Part shown: piece by piece, positions 52,105 through 64,000 of the stretch
How the letters are laid out: every line of letters begins with the position of its first letter
How positions within the stretch are numbered: the stretch's first letter is position 1
Assembly (NCBI RefSeq): GCF_964355755.1
Contig: NC_092675.1
Coordinates: 2,103,812-2,167,811 of the forward strand
Source of the DNA: Antedon mediterranea
Taxonomy: Eukaryota > Animalia > Echinodermata
DNA length: 64,000 nt
Reading direction: 5' to 3'
The notes under the pieces: generated by a model
What the model was told of the DNA's origin: nothing
Databases searched by the model: none
What the model saw: only the letters and a program-made list of their open reading frames with translations
Translations under genes and position numbers: made by a program

Positions 52105-54563
52105 GTTCGAACAATACCATGAAAGCCCCAGTGGTCTAATGGTTAGGACATCTGCATATCAAGCAGGCGGTCCGAGTTCGAGTCTCGGTTGGGGCGACTT
52201 TTTCTCATTCTCACAGATTTCCCCATCTTTATCGTTTCAAATTAATTAATTAAATTTCAGTATATCACCGGGCGGTTTAGAATTATTGTTCTTTGCCTCT
52301 TGTGTTTATATATATAAAAGTATCTCTTCGGAGATCCCGCCTCGTGAATAAAAATACTGAAAGATGAGGGCGTATCAATTTGATCTCTGTTGCGTATGCG
52401 TACAACTGAGGACAGGACTAGTGCTGTTCCGCCGTACCACGCCGAGAATGTTAAAGAGTCGTTATCCGATCGAGTTCGAACAATACCATGAAAGCCCCAG
52501 TGGTCTAATGGTTAGGACTAATTTCACTACAAGCATGTGTATGCGAGTTTGGTGTAATGGTTATGTAACAAGCCTTTCAATTAACAATAGCTTCAGTTGA
52601 CTAACAATAGAACAGCAACGCGAAAATCAAACGAGTGAATTTGAAAAGAAATAGGTTTTTTAAACTACTCGCATAAAAAAACGTGCACATTAAATCAAAT
52701 TATGTTTTAAATTTACAAATCACAAGTTATAACTCTTGCCTCTTGTACAAAAATGAAGTTTTTTGGACAAGTAGTTCTCGAGAAAATGCAATTTTAGTTT
52801 ATTTGTTACTTTAAGACTGCTCGCCGGCTTTTGGAAAATTCTTTCATATTTTTTAACACTAGCAGGTCTGAATAGTATACTAAAAAAGTGGTCCAGAATT
52901 GGGACCATGGTCCCAAATGGTCCCAAAATTTAATGGAATGGTCCTTGACCACATATCTATCCGTATATTTATCTATCCGTATATTATCTTGTAATTACTT
53001 TTTGAGTAATCCTGCTAACAAACAAACAAACAAACAAACAGACAAACACACGCGATCGATTACATGTACCTCCTTGGCGGAGGTAAATTACAGTTAATGA
53101 ATTAAAATAGTACATCTAGTATAACTGTAATACTATATGCATTACACTACTGTAAAACTTCCAAACTATGAACATCCACATTACATTATCAGTCTAGTTC
53201 ATGACCATTGTGTTAAAACTCAATTATTGATGAAAACAGCGAAGGTATTTGATATGCCGTCGCATAATGATTTTTAACATTACCGTTCGTGTTAGGTATC
53301 AAACCTAATGTTGAAGTATAATCCATTTCCGAGCAGTATTAATCGAATTCCATCTGATAAGATGATGTGTACCGTATTAAAAAGAGTAAAAAAGATTTAC
53401 ACGATGTTCTCTTAAAGACCTCTTAAGACTTACTACATTGTGATGTGTTTTTCAGTCAAGAATTCCCATTAGTGAGGAGTTACTGTTAAAAACGTTATAA
53501 TCTAAACTATCGTATTTTTTATTATTTTCATGATTTCTGTTCTGTATAGCTGCTGATGCTAGATCCACTACTCTCGAGCCTAGCAGTACAAATCCGCTTA
53601 GTAAGTATACTTTCCTGTCCTTTTCAACTCATTTCCTTCTACAATTTACATAATGATGTATTGTAGTACTATATATTTAATCCGACAAATTATAAATTGA
53701 TGACGTAAATCATTAGCGAGACATAGATCACGAATTAATGCAGTAGGCCTAGATAGCTCATATTAACTACAGTAGTTAAACGTCCACGTGTGGGGACATT
53801 ATGGGACGCGAGTCATCCTCGACATGTTTTGGTGGTTAATTCTATAAAGTATAGGCGACCACAACATGTTTGTAGGTCGTAAGTCCAGACGTCTTAAAAT
53901 AATCGAAAGCAACCTGGTAATTCGTCCTGGTGGAACTACAGATTGCTCCCACTAAGACGCAACGTAAGAATGTTACCGCAATACAAGTGATTTGACCAAT
54001 CGCAAAGCGATGGTGGATAACGCGTTGTGGGACAAATTACGTGCGTTGCGCTTACGGCACTGCGTTGCGTCGCGTCATACTGGGAACTAAGCTTTACCCA
54101 TTGTTGGATGGTTTACTTTATATTAGTCTAGTTTAATACAGTAATTTATATGGCCATTTTCGGCAATTGTTCTTACATATTTAAAACATCTGCCAAAACT
54201 ATTAAGTACAAAACCTATTCTTTTTTATATATTTTAGCCTCTTTGTATACATTTTTTTAAATATTAAAACATCGTTTTCTTTATAAATTAGCGACAGAGA
54301 AAATCCAGTATGTGAATCGCATAACGTCTGCACACGAATTAACAAAAGACTCTAAAGATACACCTGAAACATCATCTGGTGACGACGAATGGCTGAACGA
54401 GAATAAGACAGTGGTCATTTCTGTTATTGTCGGAGCATCACTACTTGTAGTCGGTTCGTTAGCTTTTGCATGCTATATTGCTCGTGTAAAGGATGACAAG
54501 ATTATTGAGCAAAATAAGATGACTTCCGTAAGAAAAACCGGAAACGAATACTTAGTAACATAG
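44315..54563 (+). CDS. Single-pass type I membrane protein with about two fibronectin type III-like domains and a short cytoplasmic tail
   Basis: Exons: 44315-44435 (signal peptide), 46861-46977 (LNASWAKP), 47342-47442, 47898-47954, 48533-48605, 48731-48781 (DCYLETKDVDFC), 49098-49309 (NVSWLQP...GYRVVY), 49940-49999 (VTGLKANESYTVE), 50814-50889 (VAA...FETP), 53550-53600, 54292-54563 (TM VVISVIVGASLLVVGSLAFACYIA). Phases are consistent. Confidence 0.8.
45287..45695. mobile_element. HINE copy interrupted by a LINE 3' fragment
   Basis: HINE left end at 45287 and right palindrome GAGTCGTGTTGCACGCGACT near 45690. The insert at about 45378-45655 encodes SGIRLRALNTKTKRFRCSFVPNAIHLYN and ends AATAAA...GACTATGAC. 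Confidence 0.6.
45728..46142. repeat. Minisatellite of roughly 24-29-bp units
   Basis: Recurrent ATCAGCATCCCCGAGCTACAG(AT/GG) units. Confidence 0.9.
50133..50590. repeat. About 224-bp tandem duplication
   Basis: CTTCAAGTTCT at 50133, 50357 and 50580, with near-identical blocks in between. Confidence 0.9.
51308..52074. mobile_element. Non-autonomous Tc1/mariner-pogo-type DNA transposon (MITE)
   Basis: 23-bp perfect TIR AGTCGACTCCGCCTAAGTCGAAT / ATTCGACTTAGGCGGAGTCGACT, several subterminal TTCGACTTA repeats, and a right end abutting (TA)n. Confidence 0.8.
52125..52196 (+). tRNA. tRNA-like cloverleaf with anticodon ATC (Asp-type); tRNA pseudogene, variant or SINE head
   Basis: Acceptor GCCCCAG/TTGGGGC; D-arm GTCT/GGAC with A-box TGGTCTAATGG; anticodon stem TCTGC/GCAGG with loop ATATCAA; T-arm CCGAG-TTCGAGT-CTCGG; T5 run directly downstream. 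Confidence 0.6.
52990..53087. mobile_element. Helentron/HINE-type terminus
   Basis: (CAAA)n microsatellite followed by the terminal palindrome TACCTCCTTGGCGGAGGTA. Confidence 0.5.
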
Positions 54564-56231
54564 TCACAGCTATTGTTTAATCATGTGTATTTACAAAATT
54601 TAAAGCTCTGTGTACACTATCAAACTAGATTGACAAAAAAATCTGCCCTCCAAAAATTGAGTGATATACCTAAATATAGTAGTGATATGACATCATGTGC
54701 ATATATGGACACATCAAATGGACAAAACAACGTTTTAGACTAAAATAAGTCCCTATACCAAATATCATTACCCATAACTCAAACTAAATATGGCGGATAC
54801 AAGAATTTCAAAATAGGCGGAAACAGAGCATAAATATAGTGAAACGATGTGTTATATTTTGTTTTATAATGTTCGAAACTTAGGGGGAGGGAGGGTGGGA
54901 GTGTGACATACGATGATCACATAAGGTCAATTGCAAGAAAACGAAACGCCAACTAATGATACAGTCGTTAACTTAAGTAAAAAGAAGCATCGATATGTCC
55001 GTATAAGCTCTCGTTGAAAGTCCACTGTATTCCACTAGGTGAATATACTACCTAATACCTAATAATATCACAACTTACTATATTTTGTACATGTAAATGT
55101 GCAGTTGTGATGGTTATAAGCCAGTTGTTTTCATTATTATACAGTACAGGTGTAATTAAATATTAGCTTTACTCGTTTTGTAAAATATTTATGTTTGAAT
55201 TCTACCTCAGAGAGGTAATGGGGCGACTATCGAGTCGAAAAGTCATTAGCGTCATTACTATTTTGTACATAGTTTGTTATGTTAAGATTATTCTTGTACA
55301 TAATTATTTATATTACATATTTATTGTATGTTACAACAACTGTTGTTATGCCGAGTACGGTGTTTAAACACATTGAAAGCTCCGATGGTCTATTTTCTCA
55401 TCTATTTATCTATATCCGTTTTAAAAATAATTAATATTATGCATATTGTTACAAATGCATAATCGAAAAAAGGAATTATAATGTAGAGGGCGGATGTACA
55501 TCATTTTTTCATTAGAGTTGGCACAAGTTTCCAAGTTGTTTCATTTTGTCAGAGCCATAATATTTAAATTTATATATAATATAGCTGTACATTTTGTTAT
55601 AGTGTACGCCCTCATTACGTTCAAATACGCGCACACTTTAATCTTTTTATATACTATTACACTACAACAAAACTTTCAATTCAATCTGTCTCTAAGTTTA
55701 CACTATTCGACTATTCGTATTTGATGACAGAAGTTTATCGACATCCAAAAGCATTATTGTAGGCCTATTGGTTCTAGTTTCCGTTGGCAAATCCTTTGTC
55801 GTGTCAATAGGATTGTCTGGTCAACAAATTACCATTAATTACTAATGTATGTTTATTTATTACTTATTGTACATAAGCATAATTAAAGAAATATTTAAGT
55901 AATTAGTAATTTATATTTCTTGAATGTTAAATAAATCGAATTATAGAGCGTGTATATTTGGCACATTATCATGTTCTTGTCCTTAAAATGGACCCGATAT
56001 GGATTTTCGATTGGGGAGGGGGGCTTTTAGGTGTACAGAAACTAGAAGGTAAGTATATTTTTACAAAATATAAATTCTCCATTTTTTTTTGGGGGGGGGG
56101 GGGGGAGTAAGCCCGCCCAAAGAAGAAATGTTTCTAAAAAACAATATTCCTTATTAAATATACATATGGTTTTTTTTCTATTTATGAGAAAATTGTAAAT
56201 AAAAAAAGTACTAAAAATACACGTTCGCATT

Positions 56232-56325
56232 TGGCTAGGCCTAGTCTACCTGGCTTAGGCCTAGTCTAGCTGGCTAGGCCTCTAGTCTAGCTGGCTAGGC
56301 CTAGTCTAGCTGGCTTAATAGGCCT
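56232..56325. repeat. Short palindromic tandem repeat (CTAGGCCTAGTCTAGCTGG)n
   Basis: About 4-5 imperfect units. Confidence 0.8.
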
Positions 56326-59300
56326 ATTTAGCGAATTTGTATTCTAAATAAAATAATATAAAATAAACACGAATTTATATAAATATTTTATAATAACTAT
56401 TTACTTATAAATACACGTGTATTTATTTAAGTAAATATGATTGTAAAAACCATATTCTTATGTGAAAATATAAACTTTTCTTACCTGGCCGTCTAGTTTG
56501 TCTAGGCCTGTATTTAATTATCCTGATAGCAATATCAATCCATTCTTCAAGGCTAAGAACGTTTCTTGCAGGCGAATTATTTCTTTCGCTACATGCCCTA
56601 GTTTCACATGGTTATCCGCTCCACGCCGCGTGGTCAAATTTTCTTTAAAATCCCTCGAGCATCAATTAGCGGTTTTTACTTATTGTGCGATCATTTTACA
56701 ACAAATTAAAACAATTCATCTATTTTCAAATGATATTTATGAAATATTTTCTGATTGCAAAATTGCGTCGTTTCCATATTTCGCAAGAAAATTTACCCCT
56801 TGACCTCATAGTTTTATCTTCCAGTCGCTAGAGGACTTGGAAGTTTTATTGAATATCTGTAAACTGCGTGTCGACTTTTCTCGTCATTGGAGCGTCATTC
56901 TAACGACTGAAGCATTCTCTACTTCTCTACGGAGCGCCATTTATGCCTTTATTAATAAATAATAAAAATAGTACTACGGTAACTGCTCAAGTGGACCCAA
57001 TTCAGCACCAAGAAAACACAGTGATAAACAAGAAATATTTCTCACAAAAAACGCTGCTCGCTTATTGACGTAACAGTTTTAAAGATATAGGCCTATTGTC
57101 CCTCTGAAAAATATTTTTTATTTCAAATTTGTTTTTGAATGTGTCATTTTTATTGTCACATAAGTTATTTTACCTGAAAAAATGTAATTAAAAGCAAAAA
57201 ATACTTCAATTGTCTGTCAGACAATGTGGTTTTTGAGTTATAATAATTAAACGTTTCTTTTCTCTTTTTATGATGTGAATTTTGTTACAGAAGTGAATAA
57301 CTTTGATATGAAACAGACTCAATTTAGTTTATTTTATTGCTAAGGTCAAGTCTGGGGGTCACTTCATCACACCTTAGATACTTCAAGTGTGAAGTATCAT
57401 ATTACAAACAAACACTTTCATGGACTGTTTTGATAATAATTCAATGATTATCTGACAGCGAAATACAGTATTGTCATGGGACTCATAAATACCAGAAATG
57501 CAGCTGGTACCTATAAATTATAGTCGAGTTTCCATTTTAGCAAAAATGTCAAAGTGTAGTACTATAACTGCTGCTTGATTTCATCTAATATATGAGTCAT
57601 CTCATGTGACGTAGCGGGCTAGAGCAGCAGCGTGAAAATAGAAATAAGTCACTACTTTTAATATTGTTTCGGTTGATAAGATAGTTATGACGTAATGATG
57701 AATTACGTAATACACGTATAAATAGACTATTATCAGCTGTTAAGTCATGTACTACTTTGTAGCGTAATGGGTAATGCTCAGGTTTGAGTGCTCTCAGCTC
57801 TAGTAGATTGGGTTCGAACCTCTAAAGATTTTTTTTTATGAAAAAAATTATGAATAATCTTTATCTTTTATTTTGAAAGAGAGATATTTTGAGGGCTGTA
57901 AATGTCAGGCCTAAACAAGTGAACCTTTTTTAAAAATCAGAAACAACGTTGCATGGCATTATTTTCCATTAAATAGACTGCCATAAAACCTCGAGAATAA
58001 GCTCATGTGCTCCTTCATTTTTAGTACTCTTGGGTGGGCTTTTTTCCACATTACTTTTGCAAACTAAACTTTAGGGGAGCTGCTAGGTTCCCGCCCGGAA
58101 AATGTTTTATTTACATGATTTGAACAATTTTCTAATGTAAAGATTAACAACATCAAAATTAAATAGTGTGGTGTGTTGACCGCCGATGATAACATACCAT
58201 CTTCCCCATAATACACATGAACAAACTCATTTGCATAACAACGCACGGCATACCAAACTGTTTAAAATGAACTGCAAGGTCCCCGGAACTGACATCTATT
58301 ATTTTTTCAAACATATATAAGAATCTTCAGTATCCCACCATGGTTGGGACTGAGCAAAGACAATTTTTGAAAAATAGAGCTGCATAGGTTCCCGCCCGAC
58401 AAAATGGCACTTTACATGATTTGAAATTATAATATGAAAAAAACTATATACGACTCACAAGGACAATAGAGCTTGTCCCCGGAAAGTGCCCCTATTCATT
58501 GAAATATGAAATTAAATCTCTCTAAATTAAGTCTCCGGTACTAGCCCACCATGGTTGGGGCAGAGCTAATAATGAAAATAGAGCCCAGAATTGCAATTAT
58601 ACTTATTACTATACATAATCACCTATGATAATTATGATTATTAAATGTTAAAAATTCAACTATCCAGACGCGACTTCAACATTTTAGGTGTGGTTTTCTA
58701 CTTTAAAAACTTGACTTCGTATATGCCTAAGGTATAGCTCGGCGGCGGAATTAGTCTAAGCTTCGAAACTGGTCTAGAAATTGCGAATGACTAACAATAT
58801 CATCTTTCCCACTATGAACTATCTTTAACCATTTATTTTGTCTTTTTTTAAACATTAGTTTTCGGGTTTGTTTCTACGGAAGTGATTAACTTTATTAAAA
58901 CTACAAAAAAATCTAAGTCAAAGTCTGATTTAATGAACCTTCATTTTCCATATTTATGGGGGACAATACATCTTTAATGATGACGTTGTCGACTTGTTTT
59001 CTTTTATTTTCATAATAAATCATAAATATGATACATATACTTTAAGGGTTATATTGATATAAGCTAAATACGTTTATCAGGTAAAAATTAACGTCAATTT
59101 TCGGCGAGTTCCTATAGATTTTCAATTTCAAAAAACTTTTTTTATTTCGGAAATATCATCCATATTAATAAACAGAAAAAGAAAAATCGTATAAAACTCT
59201 AAACTTAAGCATTATATGCAGCCTTGAATTTTAAATAGGGGATTGGATGCGTAGGCACCAAATATTTGAGCGACAGGCCCCCATCGGGTGGGGTCTTTGG

Positions 59301-60330
59301 TGAAGCGAGTTTAGGTAATTGCTCGCAAGATGGTTCATTTGACCAAGGTAAATATCTCGTGCAATAAATTCGAGTAGGCTACAGTACACTTTCATAAAAC
59401 AATATAATTTAAATCTGAGGCCCCGTCGTCGTTGGTAAACAGCTCAGAATGTTCGTTTCACAAAGAATGAGAAGAAAATGAATGCATTTATTTATTTGTA
59501 AATAATGAGTGATTAGTTTCTTTTTATTGTTGACTATGGATGATGATTGTATGATGGCAGCTACATTGTGATTATTATTATGACACGGAATGTGATTTGA
59601 TCTTCAAAATACTAGTTTGCAATATTGTAAGGCACTGCAGTTTATATATGATAATCTGAGAGAGAACTGTAAACGGTACGGTAGCCTACAATAATCTAAT
59701 TTCCGATACCAGATTAGGTATTTATTTTATTTATTTTTTTATTTATTTATTTTATGTCTTTAGGCAATGTGGCCAAGGATTACCAATAGTGAATTAATCA
59801 CTGTCCTATCAGATAGGTGGTAATCCCCCTGATACGAGTGAGTGAAAATTATCTTTACAAATAAAGTGTCTTCTTGTACAACGAAAAAATGTAAGACACG
59901 ATTTTTGAATGACATGTTTCTTCAAACTGGTAGAAGGTGTCAACAAGAAAGTTTATTTTTTTAATTCATTCAATTTTAATCAAATTCGATTGTCGTCTTA
60001 TTACCAGGAGAGATTACATTTTGAATTGTAGGTGCATACGGTTAGTGAAACATTCCTCGACATGAACATAAAAACATTTTTTTAAACAGCTTTAAAAACA
60101 GTTTTTCTCAAATCTTGTTCTTGTTGAAAATAAAACCAATGCAACGCAGAAAAATAGTGGACAACAGTATACAAAGGTGTTTGTATAGTGAAGGGAAGCA
60201 GTAGTTGTGAGGTCTTCTCATATAGTTCATTTGACCATTCACACTCTGTCATACGTACAGTATGCCTCTGTATTCCCTTTGTACATCTTTTAGTAGATAC
60301 ATGTGGTACTACCCTCGCTCCTTTTATTTC

Positions 60331-61985
60331 TCAAACAAGCGTTGATAACTGACTTCCATCTAGCAGATCTAACGTCGACACATGGTTTCCATTCATAATT
60401 GGCGACTTTTCAACGGTAGTAGACGTACCAGGATTTGAAAACAATTCGTGTTCATTGAGACTGAAACCAGCAATTGCTGAACGCTCCTCCTTACGCCATA
60501 CGTAAATGGTTCGACAAACATTGAAGATGACAATTATGCAACCAACTACGAGAAACCCTGTTGACAGGGACGCAGGAACTACACGGAATTCCAAGAATAT
60601 GTAAGCTGAAAATGCTGAAAACAATAACATAAATTATTAATATAGTTCCAAAGACAAATTACTTGAAAAATGACAATGCTGTGGGTATCAGTGGCTGGAT
60701 CTAGACGGAGATACAAAATAAAATAAGCAACAAGCTAAATCAAACGATAAAGTAAAAATTAGCAGAGCTTTCGGGCAACACTAGCCCTTCGTTAATGCAA
60801 TTATTAATATACGTATACAGTATGCAATTTAATATGAGTTATCAATAGCAGAACTTGAAGGATACTTGAATATCTGCGCATACAATCAAATCGTTTCAGT
60901 ATTCCAAAAAACTATAAAGCATAACATTAAACACCAAGTTTTCTTCAAAGCGTATAATCAGATATCAATAACATGGTTTTACTCACCAAGCAAAAACGTG
61001 GGGATTGAAATAAAAAAAGCTCCAAGACCAAGAAAACGTGCACCAGACAATGACTGCATAAACTTATACGATCTGCAAAAGTTAAATTTCAAACAATTCA
61101 TATCATAAAAAATTGAAGACAAATGCTATTGTTGTAACGTGAGAGGAGAAATGTGATATCATTGATATTTGATAGCATAAAGCATTTTATTTCCGTCAAT
61201 TACTTTTTGCTAAACGGTCATGACAATAAGAACGAGGAAACATAAGGTATTTAATGCGATTTCAATACAAAACATTTTAGTTAATAATAATGACCTTTAT
61301 GAGTAATTTACTTGGTTTTGATTGTAGCAAAAGTAAGATTACAACAATCAACATATAATCAACTATTATTAGACATTAAAGAGAAACAAAAACAGAATAT
61401 TACGAAGAAAGAAATATAGAAGATGTATAAAAAAATGTAATTGATATAAACTGAATGAAAGAAGGTGGTGGTTAACCAGGAAAGATAAAAAAAATTATAG
61501 ACATAGGCCTATGCATATATACAAGTTTTTATCGGTACATACCGGTCTTCTCCTTGTGGTAAATTCAAAACCTTGGCTCCAAAATACGCCTGAACTGCAC
61601 AGACTAAAGCGCTACTTATACTCAACATCACTGCAAAACTTGTCAGAACAATGCAAGAGTCTAGAATCGCATCGTAGATGATTTCATTAAGAACGTGAGT
61701 CTCGGCGTTTTCTTTATACACATCGTATCCACTTTGTTTATTTACCAGTTGAAATATTAACAAGATTGAGAAAATCGTACAGAAAATGGATACAATACTT
61801 AGAACACCAAGAGCTGCTAGAGTCTTGCTCACGCCACTGCCTTTATTATTAGCCAATGTAAACCTTGATAGACTTACGCTACCGGTGTTGATGTCTAGAT
61901 GTCCACTTCGATTCATTTTTCTATGTAATGCGTTATTCCCAGATATAAAGAATGGCATAATATTAAACCGAGGCAGGACTGGCAT
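60331..61985 (-). CDS. TMEM221: TMEM221/Jiraiya-like four-pass membrane protein
   Basis: Exons 61985-61543 (LGVLSIVSIFCTIFSILLIFQL...SALVCAVQAYFGAKVL...GEDR), 61072-60987 (SYKFMQSLSGARFLGLGAFFISIPTFLL; not in the ORF track) and 60614-60331 (YIFLEFRVVPA...IYVWRKEE). Phases 2 and 1 join cleanly. The hydrophobic pattern and motifs match the Jiraiya family as I recall it. Confidence 0.75.
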
Positions 61986-62744
61986 TGAACAGTTTTATAA
62001 AGTGTTTGCTGTAACCAAATTCGAGACGAACTTGCTTATCTAATTAACTACTGCACTTGTTTTTGAGTTTCCTGCACTTGAATAGATGGGAAATCCCATG
62101 TTGCAACTTATATTTTCCAGTCGGAAGTGAGATATGCCATGTAAAAAAATAAGATTCCAATTGTTCAGCAGGATAAGACCCAAGAGTGACCTGAAATTAA
62201 AAATACAAAAATCTAGTGCACATTTCAGATTGGTTGAAGCAATATCCTTATAAGGATATGAGTATAAAGATACCAAACATTATTCTTTGTTCACGCGAAT
62301 GTTACAAATGCATTTGGAATGCCAATACAACATACAATCAAAATAAAGGCCTAGATTTATGAAATCATAATATATAGTGCTAATGACAGGGTATAAACAG
62401 CTGGGTTAAGATGACAACTTCCTCAACTGGGAGATGTTGACAAAGTTATGGTACACTTCATGTATGAATGATATAGGCCTAATCGCACATTGCATAAATA
62501 TTGCTTTAACATCTACTTATTTACTGTGGTAGTAGTAACAGTCAATAAAAAATACTTTACACATTTTTCAAAACTTTTAGTAGAGCATAATATTGCACCA
62601 AAGCATTCAATAAACCACTTTGCCATTTAATTACTGTATATTAAAACCAAACACAAAACATTTACTAGGAATTTAATAAATTCTTATATTTAAAATATCG
62701 CATGTATCATGGTTAAATAAATAAAAATGTTATTTACTCAACAG

Positions 62745-63350
62745 TAACATATAGTTTAGAATTCCATTGTTTAGGCCGTGACAAGAGTCATTGTTGGCAA
62801 AGTAAAGAAAATGTAATGTTATTGTAAAATATTCTAAAATAACCATACTATCATGGAAAAAATACCCAAAATACACTCATCTGAGCATCGAGAATTAAGT
62901 TATTTCTCGATGATCTGAGCAAGATGTTAAAAAAAAAACACAGACAATAAAAACAAACAGACTACGCCAACTATTTCCTGTAAATAATAAAGTAAAAATC
63001 AGGCATTAGGGCCTACGTACCAACTACCATAACTATGTGTTATTTATGATATACAATATTTACCAGTTCTCCAATATTAAACAATTTAATACAAATAAAA
63101 AAGAAACCTAGAAAACTGTAGAATTTATTGATGATTTATTATACTGTATCAAACGATATTTATCGGCATTTACCAATTTTTTTTGATGATATGGTTCAAA
63201 AGATCAGCATTCTAGAACTCACGCAACGATCAGGAGTGTTAATTGCCATGCCTATAAAGAACCTATTATTGAGTTACCAAAACATTCCTTCGCAACAATA
63301 ACTCTTGTCACGGCCTAAACAATTATGGAATTCTAAACTATATTATGTTA
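62745..63350. mobile_element. Inverted-repeat element (MITE-like)
   Basis: TATAGTTTAGAATTCCATTGTTTAGGCCGTGACAAGAGT (62750-62788) is mirrored by ACTCTTGTCACGGCCTAAACAATTATGGAATTCTAAACTATA (63301-63342). Confidence 0.65.
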
Positions 63351-64000
63351 TTCGTTATTTATAAATGGATATAAATTATTTATTGATACAATGAAGTAGT
63401 TCCCACGACGGGAGTCGATCGTTTCCGAAGGTTAATTCCTATTCAAACGTCGGTTTAATGAACGGCTCAACAAGAATCGACAGGTAACAACAAGGCACAA
63501 AAGAATACGACTTTTTTTTTCAATACGTATGTAGCAATGGAATGTAAAGTTATTTAATTTCTATTTCGTCATTCAATAGTATTGTCAATCATTCAATTCG
63601 ATAGCTCGACGACAGGAAATGTAAATAATGTTTCTAAAGTTTTGTCACGCTATGGGGTAGGCCTACGGTTATTTTAGGGTTTCTTTAGGTATACTCTGGG
63701 GAAAATAAGTTACATTTTAAAAATAATTGTTAGGATGAATAAAATATTAAATTACCAATCAGTGATATGCATGTTACTACGACCCAGGCTGTATGCTACA
63801 CGTTAAAAGTATATAAAGCTAGTTCTAACAAAGTGTCAATGTTTTAATTAATCTATTCAACATGTATGCATGTAAACAATAAATTGGTTCAGCCTATACC
63901 TGACAGAACCAAACGGTGCCCAGGGGCCCAGCAATTGTTTCAGTGTGACAATTTCTTTCACACGCCATTGTAAGACAATGTAACATCATCTGTTACAAAC

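Noticed and set aside
57759-57822. Possible tRNA (TAGCGTAATGG...GGTTCGAACC)
   Set aside because: A- and B-box-like motifs are present but no consistent cloverleaf forms; at most a decayed SINE head.

Overview
AT-rich, intron-containing eukaryotic DNA. Domain content and repeat types suggest an invertebrate, possibly a deuterostome such as an echinoderm (inference only). I reconstructed five spliced genes by hand from GT-AG junctions with consistent phases: (1) a minus-strand signal peptide-MAM-Thr-rich-ZP protein that runs off the left edge; (2) adhesion GPCR A (MAM-mucin stalk-HYR-GAIN/GPS-7TM); (3) its tandem paralog adhesion GPCR B (EMI-EGF-5x cbEGF-mucin stalk-HYR-GAIN/GPS-7TM); (4) a single-pass FN3-type membrane protein with a short tail; (5) a minus-strand TMEM221/Jiraiya-like gene. 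An apparently intact non-LTR retrotransposon (RTE-X-like) lies between the two GPCRs. Its ORF1 and ORF2 are in the same frame, separated by one TAG, and ORF2 has no ATG ahead of the endonuclease motifs. The window also holds a 5S-rRNA-derived SINE, a tRNA-like cloverleaf with an ATC anticodon, non-autonomous Helitron/Helentron elements, several MITE families, LINE fragments and tandem repeats. Main points of interest: the two receptor paralogs have swapped adhesion heads, a MITE rewrote the C-terminus of GPCR A, and the LINE is a stop-codon readthrough candidate. No database searches were run, so all family names come from motif recognition.
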